Positions 17,272 through 26,219 of a stretch of 46,108 nt of DNA are shown here, piece after piece. The first letter of the stretch is position 1. Each line of letters starts with the position of its first letter. The notes under the pieces are model-generated. The model made no database searches, was not told the DNA's origin, and saw only the letters and a program-made list of their open reading frames with translations. Where the stretch lies: NCBI GenBank assembly GCA_964552455.1, contig CAZKHY010000001.1, positions 1-46,108 of the forward strand. The letters run 5' to 3'. Position numbers and translations under genes: made by a program. Origin of the DNA: an uncultured Nitrospira sp. (GTDB lineage: Bacteria > Nitrospirota > Nitrospiria > Nitrospirales > Nitrospiraceae).

Positions 17272-19218
17272 ATGCAGCGGATCGTCATTGGGCTGGGAGT
17301 TTTGTTCGTGCTGATGTGGGGCATTGGGGTCAGTCGCGCTGACGAAGACGTGCCGGTTGTGCAGACGGAAGAAGTGGTGACCAGCGCCACGAAGACGCCT
17401 GTGCCGGTGAGTCATTTGACGAGCGCCGTGGAGGTGATCACCGGGGAGGAGATGCAGCGGCAGAAGTACAAGATGGTCGTGGACGCCCTGCGCCAGGCCC
17501 AGGGGCTGGCGGTCTTCTCCAGCGGCGGGCCTGGGACTTCGGCGACCGTCCGGATGCGGGGCGCGAACGACAATCAGACGCTCGTGCTCATCGACGGCGC
17601 GATCGTCAACAGCGCGACACTGGGCAGCTATGATTTTGCGAACCTGACGACCGACAATATCGAGCGGATCGAGATCCTCCGCGGCGCCCAGAGCATGTTG
17701 TGGGGGGCGGATGCCATGGGCGGGGTCATCAACATCATCACCAAAAGGGGAACCGGGGCACCTTCCGCGAACGCCTTCTTCGAATACGGCTCCTTCAACT
17801 CCATCCGCGAGGGGGGACAGGTGGCCGGGAAGAAGGGGCCGGTAGACTATTCCATGACCCTGTCGCGGTGGGATTTCACCGGTTTCTCCACGGCCGACTA
17901 CAGGCTGGGCGCCTCGGAACGGGACGCATTCAGGAACTGGCAGGCCTCGTCTCGTCTGGGAGTGGAGCTGCCCAAAGACGGGCGGCTGGAGTTCAATTTT
18001 CGCTGGATGAACGGCTCGACCGAGCTGGATAATATCTCGAACCCGCCGCAAGACGTGTTCGCGTCCAAGCAAAAGAGCCGGCAGTTCGTGTTCAGCGGCA
18101 ACTACGAGCAACCCATTACGAAATGGTGGTCCCAGAAGCTCACGCTCGCCCGCGCGCAGGAGGCTTCCCTCTTTCTGCCCGGCACCCTGCAGCGCAACCT
18201 CTTCACGGGGGCGACGAGCGTGCCGTCCGGCTCGCCCAACGAGACCCGGGTGCTCTCCAACCGGCTCGAGTGGCAACACAACCTGCAGGTCGCGGAGCCG
18301 TTGCTGCTGACGATGGGTTATCAGTTCCGGGAGCAGCAGGGGGAGAACGACACGGGTCTGACCAACAGGATCGTCTCCTCGAACGCCGGCTTTGCCCAGG
18401 CCCAGGTGAATCTCTGGGACCGGGTCTTCGGCACCGCGGGCATCAGGCAGGACAGCTACAACGTGTTCGGCGACGCGACCACCTACCGGGCGACCGGCGG
18501 GTACCTCCACAAAGAAACGGACACGAAGTTTCGGACGAGTTATGCGACCGGGTTCCGGGCGCCGACGATCAACCAGTTGTTCTTTCCCAACTTCGGCAAC
18601 CCCAATCTCGGGCCGGAGAAGAGCCAAAGCTTCGACGCGGGGGTGGATCAAGAGTTGTTCGGCAAACGGCTCAAGTTGAGCGGCGGGTATTTCTGGAACC
18701 GGTATCGCAACCTCATCGTCACCACGTTCGATCCCGTGGCCTGCGCGTCGCTCAGCACGTTCGGCTTCTGCCCGATCAATATCGGCAACGCCTCGACCAA
18801 GGGGTGGGAAGCCGGCTTCACCTATGCCCAGACCACGAACTATCCGCTCCTCAAGGCGTTCGACATTCATGGCCAGTACACCAATACGTTGACGAGAGAC
18901 CTGAACAACGGGAGCCGGTTGCCGCGCTGGCCGGTGGATCAGTGGAGCACCGTGCTCGGATACCAGCCGGTCGACCCGGTCCGCATCACGCTCACCGGCC
19001 GTTTCGTGGGGTCGCGGTTCAATACCACCGGGGACCGGCAGAGCATCAAGGGGTTCAACGTGTGGAACCTCACGGCGACCTATGACGCGACCAAGCGGGT
19101 CCAGGCCTATGTCCGCGTGGACAACCTGTTCGATCAGAAATACGAAGAGATTCTCAACGCCGGGACCCCGGTGCGATCGATTTATTTCGGGATGCGAGTC
19201 AACTACGATGCCGCGTGA
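17272..19218 (+). CDS. btuB: TonB-dependent outer-membrane corrinoid receptor (BtuB-like)
   Basis: Has a signal peptide, a TonB-box/plug region (EEVVTSATKTPV, VEVITGEEM, IEILRGAQS.LWG) and a beta-barrel length. It follows a B12 riboswitch. ATG 17272 lies after GGAAGG. Confidence 0.85.
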   Translation: MQRIVIGLGVLFVLMWGIGVSRADEDVPVVQTEEVVTSATKTPVPVSHLTSAVEVITGEEMQRQKYKMVVDALRQAQGLAVFSSGGPGTSATVRMRGANDNQTLVLIDGAIVNSATLGSYDFANLTTDNIERIEILRGAQSMLWGADAMGGVINIITKRGTGAPSANAFFEYGSFNSIREGGQVAGKKGPVDYSMTLSRWDFTGFSTADYRLGASERDAFRNWQASSRLGVELPKDGRLEFNFRWMNGSTELDNISNPPQDVFASKQKSRQFVFSGNYEQPITKWWSQKLTLARAQEASLFLPGTLQRNLFTGATSVPSGSPNETRVLSNRLEWQHNLQVAEPLLLTMGYQFREQQGENDTGLTNRIVSSNAGFAQAQVNLWDRVFGTAGIRQDSYNVFGDATTYRATGGYLHKETDTKFRTSYATGFRAPTINQLFFPNFGNPNLGPEKSQSFDAGVDQELFGKRLKLSGGYFWNRYRNLIVTTFDPVACASLSTFGFCPINIGNASTKGWEAGFTYAQTTNYPLLKAFDIHGQYTNTLTRDLNNGSRLPRWPVDQWSTVLGYQPVDPVRITLTGRFVGSRFNTTGDRQSIKGFNVWNLTATYDATKRVQAYVRVDNLFDQKYEEILNAGTPVRSIYFGMRVNYDAA

Positions 19219-19231
19219 GATCAGGTCCGTC

Positions 19232-20683
19232 ATGGCCCCGCCGCGGCTCGTGATCGCCGGCACGTCCAGCGGGGTCGGCAAGACCACGGTCACCCTGGCG
19301 CTTCTGGCCGCCTTGAAGGCACGGGGGCGAAGGGTCCAGTCGTTCAAGGCGGGGCCGGATTACATCGATCCCGGACACCATGCGATGGCGACCGGCCGGC
19401 CGTCCCGTAACCTGGACGGCTGGATGCTGGGGCCGGCCAGGAACCGGGAGATTTTCTTTCGCGCCGCGGCCGATGCGGACCTTTCGATCGTCGAGGGGAT
19501 GATGGGACTCTTCGACGGGAGTGCTCCGACCAGCGAAGTCGGCAGCACGGCCGAACTGGCCAAACAGCTCAAGGCCCCCGTGCTGCTCGTCATCGACGGG
19601 AGCGCCATGGCCCGCTCGGCTGCGGCCATGGCCTCGGGCTACGCCCGGTTCGATCCGGCGCTCAACGTCGCCGGGGTCCTGTTCAACCGGGTCGGCAGCG
19701 AGGGCCACTATCGGTTGCTCAAGGAAGCGGTGGAGGCCGATACTGACCTGGCCGTGGTCGGGTATCTCCGTCCCGATGCGGAACTGACAATCGGGGATCG
19801 CCACCTTGGCCTGGTGACGGCGATCGAACAAGGGGCGAGCGATCTCTATCGGAAACTGGGACAGGCGGCAGCCGAGACGGTTGATCTGGACCGGATCGAA
19901 GCGCTGGCCCGGTCGGCGGCAGAGGACGTGAACGGTGAAAAGTTGGACGTGAAAGGCGGGCAAATGCAGGCGGGAACTAGTTTCGGTTCCCCTGCCGTTC
20001 ATGTCTCACCGCTTACGTCTCACGAGCGGGTTCGGGTCGGCATCGCCTACGATGCCGCGTTTTGTTTTTACTATCCCGACAATCTTGAACTGTTGGAAGC
20101 GGCAGGGGGCGAACTGGTCAGGTTTTCTCCCGTGAGGGACGGGGTGTTGCCCGAGGTGGATTTGCTCTATCTGGGCGGGGGGTACCCGGAGCTATACGGC
20201 GAAGCGCTGGACCGGAATCAATCCATGAGGAGGTCGATCCGGACCTTTGCAGACAGAGGGGGCACGATCTATGCCGAATGCGGCGGCATGATGTACTTGA
20301 CGCAAGCCATACGGGACTTCGAAGGCCGCACCCATCAGATGGTCGGACTGTTTCCGGCCGAGGCCGTCATGCGCAAGCCGGGCCTGACGCTGGGGTACAG
20401 GGAAATCGAGATCACAAAACCATGCCCCCTGGGAACGTCCGGGATCAAGGCCCGCGGCCACGAGTTCCATTATTCGTCGCTGACGCCCACCGGGCCGCTC
20501 GAATACGTCTGTTCGGTCACGGACGCCAAAGGGACGATGCGGTCGCCGGATGGCCTGGTGAAAGGCAACTGCGTCGCCCTCTATGCCCACCTTCATTTCG
20601 GAAGCCAGCCCGACCTTGCGCGCGCGCTGGTGGCCGCCGCCCGCGCCGGCCGTGAACGGGCGGCAGCCGGCGGCACGACATGA
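19232..20683 (+). CDS. cbiA: Cobyrinate a,c-diamide synthase
   Basis: Contains the P-loop AGTSSGVGKTT, KAGPDYIDP and the GATase part (YAECGGMMYL, HEFHYS). ATG 19208 is an alternative start. Confidence 0.9.
   Translation: MAPPRLVIAGTSSGVGKTTVTLALLAALKARGRRVQSFKAGPDYIDPGHHAMATGRPSRNLDGWMLGPARNREIFFRAAADADLSIVEGMMGLFDGSAPTSEVGSTAELAKQLKAPVLLVIDGSAMARSAAAMASGYARFDPALNVAGVLFNRVGSEGHYRLLKEAVEADTDLAVVGYLRPDAELTIGDRHLGLVTAIEQGASDLYRKLGQAAAETVDLDRIEALARSAAEDVNGEKLDVKGGQMQAGTSFGSPAVHVSPLTSHERVRVGIAYDAAFCFYYPDNLELLEAAGGELVRFSPVRDGVLPEVDLLYLGGGYPELYGEALDRNQSMRRSIRTFADRGGTIYAECGGMMYLTQAIRDFEGRTHQMVGLFPAEAVMRKPGLTLGYREIEITKPCPLGTSGIKARGHEFHYSSLTPTGPLEYVCSVTDAKGTMRSPDGLVKGNCVALYAHLHFGSQPDLARALVAAARAGRERAAAGGTT
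19925..20022. repeat. 14-heptamer imperfect palindrome embedded in frame in the cbiA interdomain linker
   Basis: Reads gacgtga acggtga aaagttg gacgtga aaggcgg gcaaatg caggcgg gaactag tttcggt tcccctg ccgttca tgtctca ccgctta cgtctca. It encodes DVNGEKLDVKGGQMQAGTSFGSPAVHVSPLTSH. Confidence 0.8.
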
Positions 20684-20684
20684 G

Positions 20685-21284
20685 ATGACGGACAAGACCG
20701 ACCATAAAGCCCGCATGGAGCGGCTGAAAGCTTCGGTTGACCGGCGGATCGAGGCCGCCCAGGAGGAAAAGGGCCTGGTGATCGTCTTCACCGGCGCCGG
20801 CAAGGGCAAGACCACGGCGGCGCTGGGCATGGCCTTGCGCTGCATCGGGCACGGCATGAAGGTGGCGATCGTGCAGTTCATCAAGGGCGCGATCGACACG
20901 GCGGAAGAGCGGGTGCTGAAGAGCTTCGGCGACCAAGTGGTGTTTCTCCGGATGGGGGAAGGCTACACCTGGGAGACGCAAGATCGGGCGCGGGACACGG
21001 AGTTCGCCCAACGGGCCTGGTCCGCCGCCAAAGAATTTCTCCGCGCCCCGGCCTTCGCGATGGTGATCCTGGACGAATTCAACATCGCCTTGCAGCACGA
21101 CTATGTCCCGCTTGCCGACGTGTTGCCGGTGCTCCGTGAGAGGCCGCCGATGCAGCATGTGGTCATCACCGGACGCGGCGCGAAGAAGGAACTTGTCGAA
21201 GCGGCGGATTTGGTGACCGAGATGGGGCAGGTGAAACATCCCTTTCGCAAGGGAATCAAGGCGCAAAAGGGCGTCGAATTCTGA
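20685..21284 (+). CDS. cobO: Cob(I)yrinic acid a,c-diamide adenosyltransferase, CobO/BtuR type
   Basis: Contains the P-loop FTGAGKGKTTAA and matches the CobA/CobO family in length and pattern. Confidence 0.9.
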   Translation: MTDKTDHKARMERLKASVDRRIEAAQEEKGLVIVFTGAGKGKTTAALGMALRCIGHGMKVAIVQFIKGAIDTAEERVLKSFGDQVVFLRMGEGYTWETQDRARDTEFAQRAWSAAKEFLRAPAFAMVILDEFNIALQHDYVPLADVLPVLRERPPMQHVVITGRGAKKELVEAADLVTEMGQVKHPFRKGIKAQKGVEF

Positions 21285-21333
21285 CCGGCTGACAGGGAGG
21301 ACGGGCGAGGGGATTCGTCCGTTGAGGAACCAG

Positions 21334-21528
21334 ATGCAGAAAGTGTGCGGCCATTGCCGTCAGACGTTTTCCTGCCAGCAGGCCGGCGGATGCTGGTGCG
21401 GGGCGGTGAAGCTGAGCCAAGCCCAGCTCGCCTGGCTCAAGCGGACCTATGACAACTGCCTCTGCCCTCGTTGCTTGGGGGCCGTGGCGGAAGGGACTCT
21501 CGGCGAAGGCAAAGGGACACTCAACTAA
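21334..21528 (+). CDS. Cysteine-rich CWC-family small protein
   Basis: Contains CGHC...C...GGCWCG...CLCPRC, eight Cys in 64 aa including the CWC signature. Confidence 0.6.
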   Translation: MQKVCGHCRQTFSCQQAGGCWCGAVKLSQAQLAWLKRTYDNCLCPRCLGAVAEGTLGEGKGTLN

Positions 21529-22218
<690 letters not shown>

Positions 22219-22240
22219 CCATTGTGCAGGGAGAACGCGG

Positions 22241-22825
22241 ATGCGGATCACCAAGGTCTATACACGGACGGGGGACCAGGGAAAAACGAGGCTTGCCGGC
22301 GGACAGCAAGTTTGGAAAGACAGCCTGCGCGTGGAAACCTACGGGACCGTGGATGAGGTGAACGCGTTGGTGGGTCTGGTGCGGGTCTTCAATGGGGACC
22401 AGGCGGAATCAGAGGCCCGGGAACGACTGGAGCAAAGCCTCCGCTGGGTCCAGAACAAGCTGTTCGACGTGGGGGGAATCCTGGCGACGGCGCCGGGACA
22501 GAAATTCAAAAATATGCCCCGGGTGACCGGCAAGGACGTGACCAACCTGGAACGGCTGATCGATGCCTGCCAGAAGGACCTGGCGCCCCTCAAGGAATTC
22601 ATCCTGCCCGGCGGAGGCAAGGTCTCCGGTCTTCTCCACCATGCAAGGACCGTCTGCCGGAGGGCCGAGCGGACCTGCGTCAAGCTGGCCCGGGAGGAGC
22701 CGGTGGATCCGGCCATCGTGAAATTTCTGAACCGCCTCAGCGACGCACTCTTCGTGTTGGCCCGCTGGGCCGGAAAGATGAACGGAGAGGCGGAATTTCT
22801 CTGGGAGCGGGACGTGAAATCGTGA
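22241..22825 (+). CDS. pduO: ATP:cob(I)alamin adenosyltransferase, PduO type
   Basis: The N-terminus is MRITKVYTRTGDQGKT, followed by FILPGG...HHARTVCRRAER. Confidence 0.85.
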   Translation: MRITKVYTRTGDQGKTRLAGGQQVWKDSLRVETYGTVDEVNALVGLVRVFNGDQAESEARERLEQSLRWVQNKLFDVGGILATAPGQKFKNMPRVTGKDVTNLERLIDACQKDLAPLKEFILPGGGKVSGLLHHARTVCRRAERTCVKLAREEPVDPAIVKFLNRLSDALFVLARWAGKMNGEAEFLWERDVKS

Positions 22826-22886
22826 AGCGCACCTCGTGAAGCGTCTCTCGCGGAATGGTTCGGACCTTCACGAACGACGGACGACG
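22816..22886. repeat. Heptamer-array element (family B) spanning the pduO stop and the cobQ 5' region
   Basis: Left arm is gaaatcg tgaagcg cacctcg tgaagcg tctctcg; right arm is cttcacg aacgacg gacgacg. Confidence 0.75.
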
Positions 22887-22908
22887 AAGGGTGGCAGCGA
22901 AAACTCTC

Positions 22909-24438
22909 ATGATCCAGGGGACCGCTTCGCACGTGGGGAAATCCGTGCTCGTGGCGGCCTTCTGTCGGCTGTTCGCACGACGCGGCATCAAGGTGGCTCC
23001 GTTCAAGGCGCAGAACATGTCGAATAACTCCTTCGTCACGCCCGACGGGAAGGAGATCGGGCGGGCCCAGGCGGTCCAGGCGGCGGCCTGCCGGCTGGCG
23101 CCCCGGACCGACTTCAACCCCGTGCTGATCAAGCCGGAAGGGCCTTGCGGCGCGCAGCTGGTGCTGAACGGGGCGGTGGCGGGCAAGTTGATGACCAGCG
23201 ATTTCGGCCGGGTCCGGCGCGACGGGTTTCAGTCGGTGCGGGAAGCCTTCGGACGTCTGAGGGAAGAATTTGGCCTGGTCATCCTGGAAGGGGCCGGCAG
23301 CCCGGCCGAGATCAATTTGAGGGAGCAGGACATCGTCAACATGAGGATGGCCCGGGAAGCCGAGGCGCCGGTGCTGCTGGTGGGGGACATTGATCGTGGC
23401 GGGGTCTTTGCGGCGTTGGTCGGGACCATGGCCCTGCTGACCGTCGAGGAGCGGAAATACGTCAAGGGTTTCCTGATCAACAAGTTTCGCGGGGATGAAG
23501 CGTTGCTCGCGCCCGGCATCGGGATGGTGGAGGCACAGATGGGCCTCCGGTGTCTGGGCGTGATCCCTCATTGGGGTGACCTTCAGGTGCCGCAGGAAGA
23601 TTCTCTCAGTTGGGACGACCAGTCTGCGGAATCTCTGCCGCCTCACGTTTCACACCGGGAACCCGTTGCTTCTTCTCGTGCAACGGGTGCCACTCACGGG
23701 GTCTTGGCGATCGGTGTGGCCGATGTGCCGACCATCTCGAATTTCACCGACTTCGATGCCCTGGCCCGCGAACCGGATGTCGAGCTGATCCGGGTGACGG
23801 GTACGACCAGCCGCGAGCTGGATGCGCTGATCCTGCCTGGCAGTAAGAACACCCCTGAGGCTTTGCGGTTCATCAAGGCTCGCGGGATCGACTCGGTGGC
23901 CAGACGGGTCTTGGCCGATGGGGGCATTGTGGCCGGGCTCTGCGGCGGATTCCAGGTGCTGGGGCGGACGATCCTGGACCCTGAAGGGATCGAGTCTGAC
24001 GAGGCGGAGCTGGACGGGTTGGGGTTGCTTGATACGGTGACGACGTTTGAGCCGGAGAAGGTGACGGTCGCGGTGACCGGCATCCATCGGGAGACCGGCT
24101 GTCCGGTTCAGGGTTATGAAGTCCACATGGGGCGAACCAGGCTTGGAAAAAGTGCGCATCCCTTGTTGAAGATCCGGCGGGCCGGTGATACAGGGGGGCA
24201 CGAAGAAGGGGCGGTCTCGGCGGACGGGAAGGTGTTCGGCACCTACCTGCATGGACTCTTCGATGCGCCGGAGTTCCGACGCCTGTTCCTCGATCGCCTG
24301 AGGGAAGCACGGGGCTGGTCCCCGCTTGCCTCAAGGAGCCATGTCACGCTGGACCAGCAATTGGATCGGCTGGCTGATTTTATCCAAAAACATGTCAATT
24401 TGCCGGCCATTGAGGCGATCATCGAACAGGGGGTGTGA
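22909..24438 (+). CDS. cobQ: Cobyric acid synthase
   Basis: Contains MIQGTASHVGKS, EGAGSPAEINL and the GATase part (GLCGGFQVLG, YLHGLF). Alternative starts are 22855 and 22891. Confidence 0.9.
   Translation: MIQGTASHVGKSVLVAAFCRLFARRGIKVAPFKAQNMSNNSFVTPDGKEIGRAQAVQAAACRLAPRTDFNPVLIKPEGPCGAQLVLNGAVAGKLMTSDFGRVRRDGFQSVREAFGRLREEFGLVILEGAGSPAEINLREQDIVNMRMAREAEAPVLLVGDIDRGGVFAALVGTMALLTVEERKYVKGFLINKFRGDEALLAPGIGMVEAQMGLRCLGVIPHWGDLQVPQEDSLSWDDQSAESLPPHVSHREPVASSRATGATHGVLAIGVADVPTISNFTDFDALAREPDVELIRVTGTTSRELDALILPGSKNTPEALRFIKARGIDSVARRVLADGGIVAGLCGGFQVLGRTILDPEGIESDEAELDGLGLLDTVTTFEPEKVTVAVTGIHRETGCPVQGYEVHMGRTRLGKSAHPLLKIRRAGDTGGHEEGAVSADGKVFGTYLHGLFDAPEFRRLFLDRLREARGWSPLASRSHVTLDQQLDRLADFIQKHVNLPAIEAIIEQGV
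23641..23703. repeat. Period-7 segment with a 9-bp perfect stem (ACCCGTTGC/GCAACGGGT) in frame in the cobQ interdomain linker
   Basis: Reads cctcacg tttcaca ccgggaa cccgttg cttcttc tcgtgca acgggtg ccactca. It encodes PHVSHREPVASSRATGATH. Confidence 0.6.
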
Positions 24439-25052
24439 TGATGCGGACGCGGCGACACAGCGAAGGGGCGACTCGGCGCTCTCCGCGCCCCCGCGTCCCC
24501 GCGTCTCCGCGTCGGGGGGCGCGGAGCTGCCTGATTCTGGTCATCGGGGGGGCTTCGTCGGGAAAGAGCGCGGCAGCCTTGGACTTGGCCGGAAAGGGTC
24601 TCCGCAAAGGAACGGCGCGAGCCTTCGTGGCGACCGGACAGCCGCTGGATGAAGAGATGGCCGACCGGATCAGACTCCACCAGGCCTCGCGAGGCGCCGA
24701 GTGGACGACCGAGGAGGTGCCGGTCGATCTGGTTGGCTGGTTTGAGAAGCGGGGCCAGGACTATCAGGCGGTCATCCTGGACTGTCTGACTCTGTGGCTG
24801 AGCAACCTCAAGGAGCGGGGGATTCCCGACAGCCGGGTGCCCGATCTGGTTGCCGCGCTCCTGCTGGCGATCAGGGGGAGCAGAGCCCGGGTCGTGATCG
24901 TGACCAACGAGCTGGGGCTGGGGCTCGTGCCGCTGGAGGCCTCAGCCCGACAATTCAGGGATCTGGCCGGCAAAGTGAACCAGCAAGTGGCCCGCGAGGC
25001 GGACGAAGTCTATTTCGTCGTCAGCGGCCTGCCGGTTCAATTGAAGCAATAA
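24435..25052 (+). CDS. cobU: Adenosylcobinamide kinase / adenosylcobinamide-phosphate guanylyltransferase
   Basis: Contains the P-loop GGASSGKS and ILDCLTLWLSN. It has a ~30-aa Arg/Pro-rich N-terminal extension. The start overlaps the cobQ stop. Confidence 0.85.
   Translation: MMMRTRRHSEGATRRSPRPRVPASPRRGARSCLILVIGGASSGKSAAALDLAGKGLRKGTARAFVATGQPLDEEMADRIRLHQASRGAEWTTEEVPVDLVGWFEKRGQDYQAVILDCLTLWLSNLKERGIPDSRVPDLVAALLLAIRGSRARVVIVTNELGLGLVPLEASARQFRDLAGKVNQQVAREADEVYFVVSGLPVQLKQ
24481..24526. repeat. Octamer array (CCGCGNCN x4) closed by a perfect 12-bp inverted repeat, inside the cobU 5' coding region
   Basis: CTCCGCGCCCCC (24481-24492) pairs with GGGGGCGCGGAG (24515-24526). CGCG recurs every 8 nt. 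Confidence 0.8.
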
Positions 25053-25076
25053 CGCAACAAGGCCTGGAGTCCACCG

Positions 25077-26132
25077 ATGAACCTGCAACACACGATAGGG
25101 GCCATCGAACCCGCGGACCGCACCTGTCTGAAACGCGCCCAAGCCCGCTTGGACCGGCTGACCAAGCCCGTCGGAAGCCTGGGACGGCTGGAAGAATTGG
25201 CGGCCCGGTATGTGGCGATGACCAGGGAGGAGCGACCGAAGGTGCCCCGCGCCGCGATCTTCACCTTCGCAGCCGATCACGGCGTGACGAGCGAAGGGGT
25301 CAGCGCCTATCCCAGCGCCGTGACGCCTCAGATGGTCCTGAATTTTCTGCGGGGCGGGGCGGCCGTCAACGTCCTGGCTTCCCACGTGGGCGCCGAGGTC
25401 CGCGTGGTGGATATCGGGGTGGCCCACGAGTTCGGCCCCTTGCCCAATCTGATCGCCAGAAAAGTGGCGCATGGAACGAACAATTTCTCCCAAAGGCCGG
25501 CCCTGAGTCGCGCCGACGCCGTCAAGGCGCTCGAGGTGGGGATCGAGCTGGCTTCTGAAGCGGTGCAGGGCGGCATTGGCCTGATCGGGACCGGGGACAT
25601 GGGCATCGGCAATACGACGCCGAGCGCCGCCATCACGGCGGTGATGACGGGGCAGCCGGTGGCGGCCGTGACTGGTCGCGGCACGGGGATCGACGAGGAA
25701 GGCTACCTCCGGAAGGTGGCGGTGATCGAAAGGGCGCTGGCGGCGCATCGTCCTGACCCCGGCGATCCCATCGACGTGCTGGCGAAGGTCGGCGGGCTGG
25801 AGATTGCCGGTCTGGCCGGGGTGATCCTGGGGGCTGCCGCCCGTCGGGTCCCCGTCGTCTTGGACGGCTTCATCGCCGGCGCGGCCGCGCTGGTCGCCGC
25901 CGGGCTTCAACCCCGTTGCTGTGACTACCTGATTGCATCCCATCGGTCGGTCGAACGGGGCCATCAGGCGGCCTTGGATCGGCTGGGGCTCAAGCCGTTG
26001 CTCGACTTGGACCTGCGGCTCGGCGAGGGAACCGGGGCTTGCCTGGGGATCAGCTTGGTCCAGGCCGGCATCAAGATCCTGACCCAGATGGCGACTTTCG
26101 ATGAAGCCGGGGTCTCCGAGCGTGACACGTGA
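25077..26132 (+). CDS. cobT: Nicotinate-nucleotide--dimethylbenzimidazole phosphoribosyltransferase
   Basis: Contains LTKP.GSLGRLE, GDMGIGNTT and LRLGEGTGA. Confidence 0.9.
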   Translation: MNLQHTIGAIEPADRTCLKRAQARLDRLTKPVGSLGRLEELAARYVAMTREERPKVPRAAIFTFAADHGVTSEGVSAYPSAVTPQMVLNFLRGGAAVNVLASHVGAEVRVVDIGVAHEFGPLPNLIARKVAHGTNNFSQRPALSRADAVKALEVGIELASEAVQGGIGLIGTGDMGIGNTTPSAAITAVMTGQPVAAVTGRGTGIDEEGYLRKVAVIERALAAHRPDPGDPIDVLAKVGGLEIAGLAGVILGAAARRVPVVLDGFIAGAAALVAAGLQPRCCDYLIASHRSVERGHQAALDRLGLKPLLDLDLRLGEGTGACLGISLVQAGIKILTQMATFDEAGVSERDT

Positions 26133-26219
26133 GAGGTGAAAAGGAAGTCGTGAAAGGTGAAGCGACCGGTACTGAAACGGAACTTGTGCGTCCTCTAGCT
26201 TGCGGTTCACGTTCCTTCC
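26129..26219. repeat. Heptamer-array hairpin (GTGAARN arm / TTCACGT TCCTTCC arm) at the cobT-cobS junction
   Basis: Left arm is gtgagag gtgaaaa ggaagtc gtgaaag gtgaagc; right arm is ttcacgt tccttcc. Confidence 0.75.

Noticed and set aside
17212-19347. A 711-aa minus-strand ORF antisense to btuB
   Set aside because: It is an Arg/Pro/Gly/His-rich low-complexity translation, typical of shadow ORFs in high-GC DNA. The plus strand encodes a clear TonB-dependent receptor.
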